From contig DATJZP010000061.1 in the NCBI GenBank assembly GCA_035498875.1, positions 71,321 to 135,320 on the forward strand: a DNA stretch of 64,000 nucleotides. The letters run 5' to 3'. Below, in pieces: positions 28,037-41,899 of this stretch. Source of the stretch: Myxococcota bacterium. GTDB taxonomy: Bacteria > Myxococcota_A > UBA9160 > SZUA-336. A program made the translations under genes and the position numbers. Numbering within the stretch: position 1 is the stretch's first letter; the number at the start of each line of letters is the position of its first letter. Below the pieces are notes generated by a model. The model did no database searches and had not been told where the DNA came from. It saw only the letters and a program-made list of their open reading frames with translations.

Positions 28037-29979
28037 GAGGCCGCTCCCGCGAGCTCGAGCTCGGCCAGCGCCCGGAAGCTCCCGGCGGGGCGAGTCAAGA
28101 GCTCGTCCGGCGCGCCCGCCTCGATCACCTTGCCGCGGTCGAGCACCACCACCCGACGCGCCAGACGGACGGTCGACAACCGGTGAGTCACGAGCAGGAT
28201 GCAGCGGCCACGGCCCCACTCCGCCAGGTTCTCCACCAGCCGCTGCTCGGTCTCGGCGTCGAGCGCCGCCGTCGGCTCGTCGAGCAGGAGCACCTGTGGA
28301 TCCTTGAGCAGCGCGCGCGCCAGGGTCAGTCGCTGGCGCTGGCCCGTCGAGAGACCCGCGCCGCGCTCGCCCAGCACCGTATCGTAGCCGCGGGGCAGCC
28401 GGGCGATGAAGTCGTCGGCGCAGGCGACGCGCGCCGCCTCGCGCACCTGCGCCTCGCTCGCGCCGGGCCGGCCATAGCGGATGTTCTCGCCGATGCTGGA
28501 CGCGAACAGCACGTTCTCCTGCAGCGCGATCGCGATCGCGGCGCGCAGCTCGGCCACGCGCAGCTTGCGCAGGTCGATACCGTCCCAGGTGATCGCGCCG
28601 GCGTCGGGGTCGAACAGCCGCAAGAGCAGCGCCATGACCGTGCTCTTGCCCGCACCGGTGGCGCCGACCAGCGCAGTGACTCCGCCGACCGGAAGCTCGA
28701 GCTCCACGCCGACCAGCGCCGGGCGATCCGCCCGATAGGCGAACGACACGTCGCGGAACGCGATCCCGCGCTGCAGCGGGGCCAGCGCCACGGCGTCGGG
28801 CGCGTCCGCGATCTCCGGCTCGCGCTCGAGCAGCTCGAACGCGCGGTCGAGACCGACGGCGATGTCCTGCGCGTTCACCCAGATCCGGAACACGTCACTG
28901 ATCCCGTCGGAGCCGTTCGAGTAGAGACCTTTCCAGGCGTTGTACTGACCCAGGGTCCAGACCGAGAAGGCGGCGCCGATCAGGAGTGACTGCAGGCGCG
29001 GCACACTGAGCCGGTCGACCTGCTCGGCGAGCCACAGCGGCGCGCCTGCGACGGTGGCCAGCGTCGCAAGCGCGGTGCCGGCGATGATCACCACGCCGAT
29101 CAGCCAGAATACGCCCACGCCGAAACCGGCCGCCCAGCTGCGGGCCGTGCGCGCGCCGTCGAAGGCAGTGAGCGACGCCGCCTCGAAACGCTCCTGCTCG
29201 AGGCGCTCGAGGCCGAACGCCTTCACCACACGCATGCCCGTGAGTGTCTCCTGGATCTGCGAGGTGAGCGCGCTGTTCGTGGCGCGCGCGACCCGGAACT
29301 GCCCGCGCATGCGCTGCCCGAGCGCCCGTCCGAAGAGCGCCGTCGGCAGCCACACGGCGCAGAGCGCGAGCGCGAGCCCGGGCGAGAACGCGAACAGCAT
29401 CACGCTCACCACGGCGAAGCGCAGCAGCGCGAACGCCGGCGCGAGCATGAACGACTGCACCAGCTGAGTCACCATGGCACTGTCCTGCACCGTGCGGTAG
29501 ATCGCGTCGCCCACGCGGCTCTCTTCGTGGAAGCGCAGCGACAGTGCCTGCAGGCGGTCGACCAGCTGCATGCGCAGCGACTGATTCAGGCGTTGCAGGA
29601 TCCAGACGCCGTAGTAGAAGACGCCCATGCCGGCCGCGGTCATCGCGACGGCGATGCCGCCCAGGACCCAGGTGAGTCGCCCGGCGGCCGTGCGCCGCAG
29701 CTCGGGAGTGAGTCCGGCGCTCGTGTCGAGCGCCAGCAGCCGCGCGACCAGCGGCGAGAAATGGTCGCCCTGGAACACTCCGTCCCAGAGCGCGGGCGCG
29801 AAGGCCAGAAAGCTACTCAGGCCCACCAGCAGCAGCAGCGTGGCGGCGGCCGCGAGCAGCAAGAGGTGTCTGCGCACGCCGCGCAGGAGCGGCAGGGCAC
29901 GGCGCAGCAGATGTGCAAGTCCGCGCAGGTCGAGCTCTGCGTCGCGAGCCGGGGCGAGCTCGGGTCCGTTCCAGCTCAT
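28033..29979 (-). CDS. ABC transporter permease/ATP-binding fusion protein (partner half-transporter)
   Basis: TMD plus GATGAGKST, LSTGQRQR and LLLDEP. 4-bp overlap with the downstream partner implies a heterodimeric exporter. Confidence 0.85.
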   Translation of the reverse strand: MSWNGPELAPARDAELDLRGLAHLLRRALPLLRGVRRHLLLLAAAATLLLLVGLSSFLAFAPALWDGVFQGDHFSPLVARLLALDTSAGLTPELRRTAAGRLTWVLGGIAVAMTAAGMGVFYYGVWILQRLNQSLRMQLVDRLQALSLRFHEESRVGDAIYRTVQDSAMVTQLVQSFMLAPAFALLRFAVVSVMLFAFSPGLALALCAVWLPTALFGRALGQRMRGQFRVARATNSALTSQIQETLTGMRVVKAFGLERLEQERFEAASLTAFDGARTARSWAAGFGVGVFWLIGVVIIAGTALATLATVAGAPLWLAEQVDRLSVPRLQSLLIGAAFSVWTLGQYNAWKGLYSNGSDGISDVFRIWVNAQDIAVGLDRAFELLEREPEIADAPDAVALAPLQRGIAFRDVSFAYRADRPALVGVELELPVGGVTALVGATGAGKSTVMALLLRLFDPDAGAITWDGIDLRKLRVAELRAAIAIALQENVLFASSIGENIRYGRPGASEAQVREAARVACADDFIARLPRGYDTVLGERGAGLSTGQRQRLTLARALLKDPQVLLLDEPTAALDAETEQRLVENLAEWGRGRCILLVTHRLSTVRLARRVVVLDRGKVIEAGAPDELLTRPAGSFRALAELELAGAAS

Positions 29980-30005
29980 GCGCGGGCGATGTTACCCTCT
30001 GGGCA

Positions 30006-30869
30006 ATGGTTCGACCGCTGACTCTCGCCGACACGGCCGATGCCCGCAGTCTGTTGCGGGCGCGGCCGCTGCGGAACGTCTTCCTCGACTACGTGGTCTC
30101 GGCGGGCGCCCTGGGCCGCGCTCCCGGCTTCTTCGGCTTCGAGGCCCGCGGCCGGCTGATGGGGATCATGCTGATCGGCCCGCTGGGCGGCACCGCGCTC
30201 GAGGTCCAGGATCCCGCGGCGCACGGCCCGCTGGCCGACGTCGCCGCGCACGCCTACCTGCGGCCCCGGCACATCGTGGGCAGCGAGGACGTCACCCAGC
30301 CGTTCTGGGACGAGTACGCGCGCCACGCGCCGGTGCTGCGCTGGTCGCGGCGCGAGCCCGTGTTCGTGATGCGGGCCGAGGACCTGGCGCGCGCCTCGGA
30401 CGGCTCGCGGCTGGTGCGCGTCGACGCCGCGCGCCTGGAAGAAGCCGAGGAGATCACCGAGAACAGCGCCCAGCAGCACCGCGAAGACCTGGGCGACGAC
30501 CGCTACGCGGCGGACGAGGCGGGCTTCATGGAGCGCCACCACCGCGACGTGCGCGAGGGCCGCTGGTGGGTCTCGCGGCAGCGCGGGAAGATCGTGTTCC
30601 AGGCCCACGTGGGCGCGGCCAGCGCCACCGCGGTGCAGCTCGGCGGGGTGTTCGTGCCCAGCTGGGCGCGCGGGCGCGGCAACGCCACGCGCGGGCTGCG
30701 CGCGCTGGCGGCCCGCATGCTCGAGCGCCACGACATGGTGACGCTCTACTGCGACGAGGCGAACACCGCGGCGCGCCGGGTCTACGAGAGACTCGGCTTC
30801 CGGCGCGTGTTCTCGAACCGCAGCTATCTCCTCGACGAGCCGCTCGAGGGCTCGTCCGCCCCGACGTGA
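30006..30869 (+). CDS. GNAT family acetyltransferase (two-domain)
   Basis: C-terminal GNAT motif RGRGNATRGLRALAARMLE. ATG at 30006 (MVRPLTLAD), with the upstream track extension discounted. Confidence 0.6.
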   Translation: MVRPLTLADTADARSLLRARPLRNVFLDYVVSAGALGRAPGFFGFEARGRLMGIMLIGPLGGTALEVQDPAAHGPLADVAAHAYLRPRHIVGSEDVTQPFWDEYARHAPVLRWSRREPVFVMRAEDLARASDGSRLVRVDAARLEEAEEITENSAQQHREDLGDDRYAADEAGFMERHHRDVREGRWWVSRQRGKIVFQAHVGAASATAVQLGGVFVPSWARGRGNATRGLRALAARMLERHDMVTLYCDEANTAARRVYERLGFRRVFSNRSYLLDEPLEGSSAPT

Positions 30870-30888
30870 GTCGCAGGTAGCCTCGGGC

Positions 30889-31962
30889 GTGCGGAAGCTC
30901 GCGCTGCCCCTGTTGGCCGTCTTCACCGTGGTGCTCACGCTCGGGCTGGGCGAGCTCTTGCTGCGCGCGCTCTGGCGCAACCCGTTCCGGCGCGAGTCAC
31001 CCGAGCTCGTGCTGACGCTGCGCGCGCAGCACGCCAACAGCGACCGCGAGTTCGACCGCAGCGCGCTGCACCTCGATCCGCCCAGGATCCGCTTCCGCAC
31101 CGACGCGCACGGCTTCATCGAGCCGGTCGAGCGCATCCCCGACCCCGAGCTGCGGCTGGCCGTCCAGGGCGGCTCGACCACGGAGTGTCTGGTGGTGCAG
31201 GAGGAACTGCGCTGGCCGAACCAGGTGGCGGTGCAGCTCGAGCCGCTGGGCTTCCGCGTGAACGTCTGGAATGCCGGTCTGTCGGGCAACACCGCCCACG
31301 ACTCACTCGTGAACCTGATCGAGATCGTGGCGCCGCTCCACCCCGACGCGGTGCTGTTGATGAACGCGATCAACGACGCGGGCCTGCTCGCCGACGGCGG
31401 CTACGCGCTGCGCGCGCCGCTGCCCGACGGCTGGCGCGCCGGCGGCCGCTTCCTGTTGCAGAAGCTCTCGGCCGACTCGTCGATCATGGGCCTGGTGCGC
31501 CGCTCACTGGCGTTCGAGAAGCAGGTGATCCACCGCTCGGGCGAAGAGCCGATGGCCTACGCGCACACGCCCGACCCCGAGCCCTACGCCGCGCGCCTGC
31601 GCAGCTGGGTGCGCACCGCGCGCGCGTTCGGGATCGAGCCGGTGCTCGTGACCGAGCCGCTCTCGACCTTGCGCAACGAGCTCACTCCGCCCTGGACCGA
31701 CGCCGGGGCGCTGGCGGTGTTCAACGCGCGCGTGCGCGCGGTGGGCAGCGAAGAGGGCGCGGCGGTGATCGACCTGGCGGCGCTGGTGCAGGCGCAGCCC
31801 GAGTTCCAGGAGCCGGCGAAGTTCTTCTACGACGGCATGCACGTGAACGACGACGGCGCGCGCATCTACGGGAGACTCGTGGCGACCGAGCTGGCGCGCG
31901 AGGTGCTGCCCAAGCTGCGCGCCGCGCGCGCGAGTCAGCCGCCGCCGCAGATCGCACGGTAG
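30889..31962 (+). CDS. SGNH/GDSL-like hydrolase family membrane-anchored protein
   Basis: N-terminal TM anchor, a GGSTTE block resembling GDSxT, and DGMHVND as a DxxH-like block at the C-terminus. Confidence 0.55.
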   Translation: MRKLALPLLAVFTVVLTLGLGELLLRALWRNPFRRESPELVLTLRAQHANSDREFDRSALHLDPPRIRFRTDAHGFIEPVERIPDPELRLAVQGGSTTECLVVQEELRWPNQVAVQLEPLGFRVNVWNAGLSGNTAHDSLVNLIEIVAPLHPDAVLLMNAINDAGLLADGGYALRAPLPDGWRAGGRFLLQKLSADSSIMGLVRRSLAFEKQVIHRSGEEPMAYAHTPDPEPYAARLRSWVRTARAFGIEPVLVTEPLSTLRNELTPPWTDAGALAVFNARVRAVGSEEGAAVIDLAALVQAQPEFQEPAKFFYDGMHVNDDGARIYGRLVATELAREVLPKLRAARASQPPPQIAR

Positions 31963-33395
31963 CTGCGCCAGGAGTCGACCAGCCACTGGTTGGCGCGCTT
32001 CTCGGCCGCCGCGCGCTGCGACGCGGGCACGTCGCCGCGGATCGCGTACAGGGTCATCGGCCGGCTGCCGAACAGTGCCTGGCGCGGAGCCGCCGCGAGC
32101 TGCGAGCGCCAGCCGCTCTGCACCGGCTTGCCCTCGTACACCACCAGTGACTCGATCACGGTCGCGCTGCGGTGCGGCTCGGTCTCGAGCTTCGAGCGCA
32201 CGATCGGCAGCTTCTCGTCGTCGGCGTCGATCCAGCCCGGCTGGTCGCCGCCCGCCTCGATGTCCCACCACAGCCGGCGCGTGCCGCGGTAGTAGAGCTG
32301 CTTGGGATCGTACGAGCGCACGATCGCGAACTGCAGCTCGGGCACGCCTTCGCTCGCGGGCAGCCGGCCCTCGCGCCACTGGTGGATGTCGAAGTTGCGG
32401 CGCATGTAGGCGTCGCGCTCCCCGCCGTCGCCGTCGGGGGTCATGGGCGGCACCAGCGCCTCGGGATTGGCGCAGTCGTCGCGCCGCAAGTGCAGATACG
32501 AGTGGACGGTCACGGGCACGAGCGCGATCGCGAACAGCGCCGCGGCCGCCAGCGCGTAGCGGTCCGAGAGCGGCGGGCGCGCGTTGCCCGGCGCCGAGCG
32601 CAGCGCCTCGCGGCCGGCCAGCCAGACCAGCGCGCCGATCACGAACACGAACAGGAAGAGACCGGACGCGGGATGGATCCAGGTCTGCAGGATCTCACCG
32701 CCGAAGTAGCGCACCAGGATCGTGAGCACGGTGACTCGCGCGAAGTTGCAGACCAGCGCCAGCGGCACCGCCGCCGTCAGCACGAGAGCGCGCCGGCGCG
32801 GGTCGCGCGACAGGTGCGCGAGGATGATCGCGGTCAGGATCGCCGCGTACAGCGTCGCGAAGCCGCTGCAGTTGTCGGCGACCTCGACCACCTGGCCGGG
32901 CACGGCGAGCGTCGTGCCCTCGCGCGCGACCGGCACGCCCAGGAACGGCAGCACCGCCGCCACCACCGTGGCGGTGATCAGCCGCAGCACCATGAACAGC
33001 GCCGAGATCGCGCCCGCGGGGATCGGCAGCATGAACAGCCCGATCGCGAGCGGCAGCGCGATCGCGCTCGTGCGCACCCGGCCCAGGAACAGGAGCGACA
33101 GCCCCGGCAGCGCCAGCACCAGCGCGAACGCCGACAGCAGCTGCGTCTTGATCGCGCTGTCCAGGATCAGCAGCACCACCGAGGCGGCCACGAAGCCGAA
33201 GCCCAGTGCCGAGGCGCGCGGCTGGGGGTCCGGGTCCTGCTTCAGCGCGTCGAGCGCGAGATAGGCGATCAGGAACGGCACGAAGATGCCGTGGCCGTTG
33301 CGGTAGATCGACTCGGTCCAGCGTCCCACGAGCCACGCCAGGGTGGGCGCGAACGCGAGCGCGAAGATCGGCAGCCAGAGCCAGCGGCGAGTCAT
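31935..33395 (-). CDS. exosortase (EpsH/XrtA-like) fused to EpsI-like C-terminal domain
   Basis: Eight TM segments. Catalytic-motif candidates DNCSGF (Cys) and CNFARV (Arg). The periplasmic C-terminal domain resembles EpsI. ATG at 33395 (MTRRWLWLPIFALAF). Confidence 0.7.
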   Translation of the reverse strand: MTRRWLWLPIFALAFAPTLAWLVGRWTESIYRNGHGIFVPFLIAYLALDALKQDPDPQPRASALGFGFVAASVVLLILDSAIKTQLLSAFALVLALPGLSLLFLGRVRTSAIALPLAIGLFMLPIPAGAISALFMVLRLITATVVAAVLPFLGVPVAREGTTLAVPGQVVEVADNCSGFATLYAAILTAIILAHLSRDPRRRALVLTAAVPLALVCNFARVTVLTILVRYFGGEILQTWIHPASGLFLFVFVIGALVWLAGREALRSAPGNARPPLSDRYALAAAALFAIALVPVTVHSYLHLRRDDCANPEALVPPMTPDGDGGERDAYMRRNFDIHQWREGRLPASEGVPELQFAIVRSYDPKQLYYRGTRRLWWDIEAGGDQPGWIDADDEKLPIVRSKLETEPHRSATVIESLVVYEGKPVQSGWRSQLAAAPRQALFGSRPMTLYAIRGDVPASQRAAAEKRANQWLVDSWRSYRAICGGG

Positions 33396-33412
33396 CTTCG
33401 GCCTGTGACCCT

Positions 33413-34231
33413 CTAGACGCGCGGAAACTTCGGCGGCCGGCGCTCCAGGAAGGACTGCACGCCCTCCTTGAAGTCCGGTCGGCTGAAGCTCTCCACCATC
33501 AGCTTCACCGCCTCGTCGAGCGAGGGCCCGAGCTCGCGCGTGAGCTGTTGGTACACCTGGCGCTTCATCACCATCATGGACGCGGGCGACGAGTTCGCCG
33601 CCAGCTCGCGCACGTAGTCCTGGCAGTGACTCACGAGCTGCTCGTCGGGCAGCACCCGGTTCACCAGCCCGATGCGCTCGGCCTCGCGCGCGTCGATCTT
33701 GCGGCCCGACAGCAGTAAGTCGAGCGCGTGCGCGCTGCCGACCAGGCGCGGCAGGGTCCAGGCGAGACCCCATTCCGCGATCAGCCCGCGGCGCACGAAC
33801 GCGGTGGTGAAGCTGGCCGACTCACCTGCGAAGCGCAGGTCGCAGAACAGCGCGATCGGCATCGCCATGCCGGCGCACGGGCCGTTGATCGCGGCGATCA
33901 CGGGCTTCCGGACCGACCAGAGATACGAGTAGTTCTTGCGGAAGTCGTCGCCCATGGCCGGGTCGCCCGGGTCGGCCGCCAGCTCGCTCTTTTCGCGAGC
34001 GCCGCGCTCGCCCACGCTGATCGCCTGCAAGTTCCGGAGGTCGGCGCCCGCGCAGAAGCCACGGCCGGCGCCGGTCAGCACGATCCCGACCACGCTCTTG
34101 TCGCGCTCGGCGGCGGCGAAGGCGTGCTTCACTTCCTCGCCCATGCGGTCGGTCCAGGCGTTCAGGCGCTCGGGCCGGTTCAGGCGGATGGTCGCCACCG
34201 GGTCGGACACTTCGTACAGGATCTCTTGGTA
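33413..34231 (-). CDS. enoyl-CoA hydratase/isomerase (crotonase) family protein
   Basis: LNRPERLNA, GAGRGFCAGADL and the crotonase oxyanion motifs. GTG start preceded by AGGGAGG. Confidence 0.8.
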   Translation of the reverse strand, partial: YQEILYEVSDPVATIRLNRPERLNAWTDRMGEEVKHAFAAAERDKSVVGIVLTGAGRGFCAGADLRNLQAISVGERGAREKSELAADPGDPAMGDDFRKNYSYLWSVRKPVIAAINGPCAGMAMPIALFCDLRFAGESASFTTAFVRRGLIAEWGLAWTLPRLVGSAHALDLLLSGRKIDAREAERIGLVNRVLPDEQLVSHCQDYVRELAANSSPASMMVMKRQVYQQLTRELGPSLDEAVKLMVESFSRPDFKEGVQSFLERRPPKFPRV

Positions 34232-34245
34232 CACGGGAACCTCCC

Positions 34246-35802
34246 TCAGGGCCTCATGCCGCGAAGCTTGGGGCCGATTTCGCTGGGCAGCAGACGATAC
34301 GCGGTCTCGACCCACTCACACAGCAGGGGCCGAGTGTCTCGCGGGTCGATGATTTCTTCCACTCCGAAGATTTCGGCGGTCCGGAACGGCGAGCGCATGG
34401 CGCCGAGCTTCTCCTCGAGCTCGCGGCGCAGCGCGTCGGGGTCGGCCGCCGCGAGCAGCTCGCGCTTGTAGGCGGCCTCGACGCCGCCCTCGATCGGCAG
34501 CGACCCCCACTCGCCCGACGGCCAGGCATAGCGCAGGTTCAGCTTCGAGTGATTGCCGTGGGCGGCGCCGGCCACGCCGAACACGCGCCGCACGATGACC
34601 GAGCACCACGGCACGGTCGCCTGGTACACGGCCGCGATCGCGCGCGCGCCGCGCCGGATCGTGCCCTGGCGCTCGCCGGTCACGCCGATCAGGAAGCCGG
34701 GGTTGTCGACGAAGTTCACGACCGGCAGGTGGAAGGTGTCACACAGGTCGACGAAGCGCGTCCACTTGTCGGACGCGGGCCCGTCGATCGCGCCGCCCAG
34801 CCACTTCGGATCGTTGGCGAGCACGCCCACGGGCCGGCCCGCGAGCCGCCCGAAGCCGGTCACGAGCGAGCGGCCGAAGCGCGGCTGGAGCTCGAAGAAG
34901 CTCTCGGAGTCACAGACCAGGCGGATGATGCGGCGCACGTCGTGCGGCTGGCGCCGGCTGCGCGGCACGATCTGCAAGAGCTCGTCCTCGCGGCGAGTCA
35001 CCGGGTCGGCACAGGGCGCGACCGGCGGGAGCTCGTAGACCGAGCTCGGCAGGTACGACAGGAAGCGGCGGATCTGCGCGAAAGCCTCGTCCTCGCTCGC
35101 GACCTCGTTGTCGACGGCGCCGCTCTCACGGGTGTGGATCTGTGAGCCGCCGAGCGTCTCCTTGTCGACGTCCTGGCCGACGCCGCGGCGCACCACCGGC
35201 GGACCGGCCACGAACAGCTGCGCGCTGCCGCGCGGCATGACCGAGAAGTGCGACAGCACCACGCGCGCCGCGCCCAAGCCCGCGACCGGTCCGAGCGCCG
35301 CCGCCACCACCGGCACCGTGGCCAGTGACTCGGTCATGATCTCCATGGCCGGGTTGGCGGGCACGTAGGTGCGGCGCGTGCTCTCGAGTGACTTCACGCT
35401 GCCGCCGCCACCGGTGCCGTCGACCAGCCGCACGATCGGCAGGCGCAGCTCGAGCGCCATGCGCTCGGCGTAGCCCGCCTTGTAGCCGACCGTGCCGTCC
35501 GCCGCGCCGCCGCGCACGGTGAAGTCGTCGCCGCCCAGGACCACCCGGCGCCCGTCCAGGCGCGCGCTGCCCGCCACGAAGTTCGAGGGCCGGATCTCGA
35601 CCAGCCGATCGCCCTCGTATACCGGCACCCCGGTGAGCGCGCCCAGCTCGTGGAAGCTGCCGGGGTCCGCCAGGCGCTCGATCCGCTCCCGCACGGTGAG
35701 CCGGCCGGCATCGTGCTGGCGCTGCACGCGCTCCTCGCCGCCCATGCGCCGGGCCAGCTCCTCGCGCCGGCGCAGCTCGTCCACCTCGGGCTTCCAGCTC
35801 AT
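34246..35802 (-). CDS. acyl-CoA carboxylase carboxyltransferase (beta) subunit (propionyl/methylcrotonyl/geranyl-CoA carboxylase family)
   Basis: Two crotonase-like CT halves, GGSARLDGRRV-type motifs and VANDPKWLGGAID. Length 518 aa. Confidence 0.8.
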   Translation of the reverse strand: MSWKPEVDELRRREELARRMGGEERVQRQHDAGRLTVRERIERLADPGSFHELGALTGVPVYEGDRLVEIRPSNFVAGSARLDGRRVVLGGDDFTVRGGAADGTVGYKAGYAERMALELRLPIVRLVDGTGGGGSVKSLESTRRTYVPANPAMEIMTESLATVPVVAAALGPVAGLGAARVVLSHFSVMPRGSAQLFVAGPPVVRRGVGQDVDKETLGGSQIHTRESGAVDNEVASEDEAFAQIRRFLSYLPSSVYELPPVAPCADPVTRREDELLQIVPRSRRQPHDVRRIIRLVCDSESFFELQPRFGRSLVTGFGRLAGRPVGVLANDPKWLGGAIDGPASDKWTRFVDLCDTFHLPVVNFVDNPGFLIGVTGERQGTIRRGARAIAAVYQATVPWCSVIVRRVFGVAGAAHGNHSKLNLRYAWPSGEWGSLPIEGGVEAAYKRELLAAADPDALRRELEEKLGAMRSPFRTAEIFGVEEIIDPRDTRPLLCEWVETAYRLLPSEIGPKLRGMRP

Positions 35803-35825
35803 CGCGTGCAGTATAAAGCTCGTGG

Positions 35826-37713
<1,888 letters not shown>

Positions 37714-37727
<14 letters not shown>

Positions 37728-38838
37728 GCGGGCGCAGCCGCAGCACGTTGTGCGCGGGGACCGCGCGCTGGAAGCCCTTCAGCGCGAGCTCCCCCACGGG
37801 CTCGGTCTCGACCCACGACTCGACCTGGGTGCGCAGGCGCTCCGAGATCAGGATCTGCCCGCCGCCCGCGGCTTCGCACAGGCGCGCGGCCTGGTTGGTC
37901 ACCGTGCCGATCGCGGCGTAGTCGCGGCGCTGGTCGAAGCCGATCGCGCCCAGCGTCGCGTAGCCGTGGGTGATGCCGATGCCGAGCTCGAGCGCGTGAC
38001 CGCGGCGGCGCCAGCGCTCGGCCAGGGTCTGGAGCGCGGCGCGCATCTCGAGCGCCATCTGCACCGCGCGGCGCTCCGGGTCGGGAAGCTCGATCGGGTC
38101 GTTGAAGAACACCATCAGGCCGTCGCCGGTGAAGCGCTCGAGCGTGCCTTCGTGAGTCATCACGAGGCTGCCCATGGCGGCGTGGTACTCGCCCAGGAGC
38201 TCCATGACTTCTTCGGGCTCGGACGACTCGGCGAAGGCGGTGAAGCCGCGCAGGTCGAGAAACACCACGGTGACTCGCCGGCGGTGCGGGCGCAGGATCT
38301 CGGGGCCGCCGGCGGCGATTGCCTCGGCGATCTGCGGCGCCAGGAAGCGCTTCAGCCCCGACAGCCGCTCGAGCTCGGTGACCTGCGCCTGCACGCGCGC
38401 CTCGAGCTCGCGGTTCCAGCTCGCGAGCTGCAGCGCCTGCTGGCGCACCGTCTCGTGCAGCGCGCGGATCCGCAAGAGTGACCGCACGCGGCCCAGCACC
38501 TCGCCCAGGTTCACGGGCTTGGTCAGGAAGTCGTCGGCGCCGGCCTCGAGCCCGCGCATGCGCTCCTCGTCGGGATCGAGCGCGGTGACCAGGATGACGG
38601 GCAGGTAGCCGGTGTCCTCGCGGCGGCGGATCTCGCGACACACGTCGTAGCCGCTCATGCCGGGCATCACCACGTCGAGCAGCACCAGGTCGGCCGGCTC
38701 CTTGCGCAGGAGCTCGAGCGCCTCGGGGCCCGAGGCCGCCGTCGCCACGGCGAAGCCGTTCGCGGCCAAGAGATCGGCCAACAGCTTGGCGTTGCGGGGC
38801 GTGTCGTCGACCACCAGGATGCTCGCGCCGGCAGTCAT
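37714..38838 (-). CDS. response regulator fused to class III adenylate/guanylate cyclase domain
   Basis: Receiver (VLVVDD ... DLVLLDVVMPGMSG ... K), then a cyclase domain (VTVVFLDLRGFT ... GDGLMVFF). Confidence 0.8.
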
Positions 38839-38842
38839 CGAG

Positions 38843-39223
38843 TCACTCCGGCTCCGAGGGCACGAAGCGGCGCACCTCGGCCAGCAGGTCCTTCACCGAG
38901 ATCGGCTTGGCCTGGTAGCCGTCGAAGCCCGCGCGCAGGATCGACTCGCGCTCGAGCGGCATGGCCGAGGCAGTCACCGCGATCACCGGGATGTGCGCGG
39001 TCTTCGGATCGGCCTTCAGCGCCGCGACCGCCGCCATGCCGTTCATGCCGGGGAGCTGGATGTCCATCAGGATCAGCGCGGGCGCGCGCTCGCGCGCCAG
39101 CGTGAGTCCCAGCTCGGCGCTCTCGGCTTCCGCGACCTCGTAGCCGCTCACCGTGAGCACGTCGCGCAAGAGCTTCGCGTTCATCGGCCGGTCTTCGACC
39201 ACGAGCACGAGCCGGTTCGCCAC
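38843..39223 (-). CDS. single-domain CheY-like response regulator
   Basis: LVLVVED, ALILMDIQLPGMNG and AVTA...K. Length 126 aa. Confidence 0.85.
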   Translation of the reverse strand: MANRLVLVVEDRPMNAKLLRDVLTVSGYEVAEAESAELGLTLARERAPALILMDIQLPGMNGMAAVAALKADPKTAHIPVIAVTASAMPLERESILRAGFDGYQAKPISVKDLLAEVRRFVPSEPE

Positions 39224-39224
39224 G

Positions 39225-40619
<1,395 letters not shown>

Positions 40620-40660
40620 GCCACCTCCTCGCTCGCCGGAAGAGTAACACGCGATGAGTG

Positions 40661-41881
40661 CTATTCGTCGACGAAGCGGGCGCGCGGCCGCAGGACGTGC
40701 GGCGTCTCACTCTGCTCGAGCACGTGGGCGACCCAGCCCGCCGAGCGTCCGATCGCGAACAGGGCCGCTCCCATGCCGATCGGTAAGTCCAGCGCGGCGC
40801 AGGCCGCGGCCAGCGCGGTGTCGACGTTGGGCTTGGCCCGGCCGGCCTCCTGCATCGTGGCCACCAGCGCCGCGATCGTGCGCACGCGCGGCGCGCGCGG
40901 CGCGAGCGCCAGCGCGGCCTCGTACAGTGGCGGGTGGCGCGGATCGCCCTGGGCGTAGAGCGGGTGGCCGAAGCCCGGCAGTAATTCGCCGCGGCGCATC
41001 CGGTCGCGCACGGTGGCGGCGGCGCGCGCCGGGTCGCCGGCCTCGCGCGCCAGCACCTCGACCTGCTCGCTGGCGCCGCCGTGGCGCGGTCCGCTGAACG
41101 CGGCCAGGCCGGCGGTCAGGCAGGCGTACAGGTCGGCGCCGGTCGAGGCCGCGACCCGCGCCGCGAAGGTCGAGGCGTTGAGCTCGTGGTCGGCGCACAA
41201 GACCAGCGCCAGCTCGAGCAGCGCCAGTGACTTCTTGCGCAGCGGCACGCCGAGCGCGAGCGCCAGCGCCCGCACCGGATCCGAGGTCTCGAGCGCGGGC
41301 TCGAGCCGCGCCGGGTCGAGCGCCAGCGCGAACGAGGCGGCCAGTTTCGGAATGAGTCGCCGCGCGCGCCCGCGCACCGCCTCGGGCGAGCCGTCGAAGC
41401 GCAGTGGATCGGCCGCGGCCAGCGCGGGCAGCGCCAGCGCCAGCGCTGCCAGCGGCGGGCTGCCCACGGGCACGAGCCGGCCGAGCTCGCGCACGGGCAG
41501 GACCGGGCCGTCGCCGGGCCAGTGCGGCCGGGCGTCGGGGAGGCTGCCGGTCCAGAGCAGCTCGGCCACGGCCGTGAACGGAACGCCCTGGCGCGCGAGC
41601 ACCACGGCGGGGCGGCCGCGGTACTCGGGACCCTCCGGAGTCATGCGCGTGATGCGCGTCTCGAGCACGGGGTCGCCGAAGCGCAGCGCGCTGGCCGCCG
41701 GCCCTTCGCTGCGCGCGCGCAGGCCCTCGAGATCGGCCCGGGTGTAGTGCCGGCCGCGGCCCCCGCCCGGGGCGCGCGTGCCCGTCACCAGCCCGCGGCT
41801 GGCGTAGGCGTAGAGCGTCTCGAGCTTGATGCCCAGGAAGTCCGCCGCCTGCCGCGAGGTCATGCGGTCGCCGCGCTTCAT
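40661..41881 (-). CDS. HTH (excisionase/MerR-like) DNA-binding domain fused to citrate-synthase-like domain
   Basis: N-terminal MTSRQAADFLGIKLETLYAYASRGLV is a helix-turn-helix. The remaining ~330 aa are citrate-synthase-like (GPRHGGASEQV, GFGHPLY). The track ORF to 43090 is a spurious extension. Confidence 0.7.
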   Translation of the reverse strand: MKRGDRMTSRQAADFLGIKLETLYAYASRGLVTGTRAPGGGRGRHYTRADLEGLRARSEGPAASALRFGDPVLETRITRMTPEGPEYRGRPAVVLARQGVPFTAVAELLWTGSLPDARPHWPGDGPVLPVRELGRLVPVGSPPLAALALALPALAAADPLRFDGSPEAVRGRARRLIPKLAASFALALDPARLEPALETSDPVRALALALGVPLRKKSLALLELALVLCADHELNASTFAARVAASTGADLYACLTAGLAAFSGPRHGGASEQVEVLAREAGDPARAAATVRDRMRRGELLPGFGHPLYAQGDPRHPPLYEAALALAPRAPRVRTIAALVATMQEAGRAKPNVDTALAAACAALDLPIGMGAALFAIGRSAGWVAHVLEQSETPHVLRPRARFVDE

Positions 41882-41899
41882 GGCCCGAATCTTGATTGA

